64,000 bases of DNA from Octopus bimaculoides (lineage: Eukaryota): positions 17,360,992 to 17,424,991 of the forward strand of contig NC_068994.1 in the NCBI RefSeq assembly GCF_001194135.2. The letters run 5' to 3'. Below are positions 62,211 to 64,000 of the stretch, one piece after another. Within the stretch, counting starts at the first letter, position 1. Every line of letters starts with the position of its first letter. The translations under genes and the position numbers were made by a program. The notes beneath the pieces are model-generated. The model was not told where the DNA came from. It searched no databases and saw only the letters and a list, made by a program, of their open reading frames with translations.

Positions 62211-64000
62211 TTATTATTGTTATAGAATAATATTATTCTAGAATGATGGAATAATATTATAATAATAACAGCAATGAAAAAATATTTTAATGTATAAAGA
62301 CATTTAGTTCCATGTTTTGATGTTTTTGGTTTTATAACTATAGCTGTTAAAAAGATAATGGTATAAAAAATTAAAGGATCCCTTTGTGTGTGTGTGTGTG
62401 TGTGTGAATGTTGCTAGATATTTTTTTAATAAATATTTAATATCTGACAATCTTTTATTTTGTATGTATGTGTATAAATATATATGTATTCATATAAAAC
62501 ATGATTTCTTATGGGTCTAGTTTTTATGTTTAGCAATCTCTTATATATATTATGCATACATGCTTTATATGCATGTGTATGTATATATNNNNNNNNNNNN
62601 NNNNNNNNNNNNNNNNNNNNNNNNNNNNNNNNNNNNNNNNNNNNNNNNNNNNNNNNNNNNNNNNNNNNNNNNNNNNNNNNNNNNNNNNNNNNNNNNNNNN
62701 NNNNNNNNNNNNNNNNNNNNNNNNNNNNNNNNNNNNNNNNNNNNNNNNNNNNNNNNNNNNNNNNNNNNNNNNNNNNNNNNNNNNNNNNNNNNNNNNNNNN
62801 NNNNNNNNNNNNNNNNNNNNNNNNNNNNNNNNNNNNNNNNNNNNNNNNNNNNNNNNNNNNNNNNNNNNNNNNNNNNNNNNNNNNNNNNNNNNNNNNNNNN
62901 NNNNNNNNNNNNNNNNNNNNNNNNNNNNNNNNNNNNNNNNNNNNNNNNNNNNNNNNNNNNNNNNNNNNNNNNNNNNNNNNNNNNNNNNNNNNNNNNNNNN
63001 NNNNNNNNNNNNNNNNNNNNNNNNNNNNNNNNNNNNNNNNNNNNNNNNNNNNNNNNNNNNNNNNNNNNNNNNNNNNNNNNTATATATATATATATATATA
63101 TATATTATTTGTTTGTGTATTTATACATTTGATTTTGTACCTTGTATTGAGTTCTATATTTAATAATTGCATAAAAGCAACGGTTGTTGTTTTTATATAT
63201 ACCCCAGATTATACATGTACAGTGTGGCATTCATGAACCAGAATATATTTCACCTATTTTTATTTTATTGTTTTTTTTCCCCAGTTGACTGTGTAAAAGA
63301 TATTTCCTTGGTGGAATGGGTGGGGTTGTATCTGTTGCCTCAGCTAAGAACATTAGAGCTTTTATGTGTAACTTTGGGTAAGATGGAATAGATAGGAAAT
63401 GAGGGAAATAAATGATTGCTATGTTTTTATGTTATCTTATCATGATGTTTTCTTTTGAAAATACAAGTTTATTTATTTTTGTAAATTTAGTTTTCTGCAT
63501 GGTTTTATTTTAATACCTATTAACATGTATATATTGAACATAGATTTGTGAGGCAGTTTCTATTTCTTATTCCTATCTGGCCATGCAGCGTTACTGAAGT
63601 CGATGACGGTCTAACGGAGTCTATTCCCTTAGATTAGTTCACATGAAAATCTGAGGATCTAATCATTAGTTAGTCAATACTTACTATAATAGCGAAGGCT
63701 TATGGCTTATTGGTCAGGCGTATTCAGTTCAGGATCATAAAGTCTTGGATTCGATTCCTAGCAGCACATTGTGTTCTTGTGTAAGACACTTTATTTCTCA
63801 TTGCTCCAGTCAACTTAGCTGGCAGAAATGAGTTAAGAACTACATTAAGGATGTATGTGTTTGTGGAGCATTCAGCCATTTAGATGTTAGTTTCAAGGGC
63901 AGACTGTTCTGTTGACTGGATCAGCAGGAACATTCATCTTCATAATTAACAGAGTTCCAGTCTTACTATAATACATGTAGTAGGGTAGCCTCATAGAAAG

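Noticed and set aside
4815-63236. Long ORFs rich in YI/CV/TH repeats or X
   Set aside because: Translations of dinucleotide microsatellites and N gaps; no coding signal.

Overview
AT-rich eukaryotic (metazoan) genomic DNA with 8 assembly gaps and many (TA)n/(CA)n/(ATT)n microsatellites. The SINE repertoire strongly suggests a cephalopod, probably Octopus (inference from repeat families, no database search run). Almost all listed ORFs are microsatellite, gap or transposon artefacts. The one confidently recognised gene is CCDC186, whose last two coding exons lie at 2315-2464 and 4115-4198 (+). Weaker gene evidence: a minus-strand terminal exon at 11158-11263, a putative bidirectional CpG-retaining promoter at about 19.0-19.3 kb, and three plus-strand first-coding-exon candidates (19602, 28547, 59451) that all end in a phase-2 AG|GT donor and have few clear downstream exons. 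The rest is transposon debris: at least six SINE families, RTE/CR1/L2/Penelope fragments, Tc1/mariner copies, and piggyBac- and hAT-type MITEs. Most notable observations: a fossil HDV-like ribozyme fold at the 5' end of an RTE element, a minimal hammerhead in a Penelope end, a covarying 3' stem-loop shared by a LINE and its partner SINE, a UGC-flanked 12-nt microexon candidate, two long foldback hairpins, and a tRNA-Asp pseudogene with every CpG deaminated. No CRISPR, rRNA or prokaryotic features were seen.
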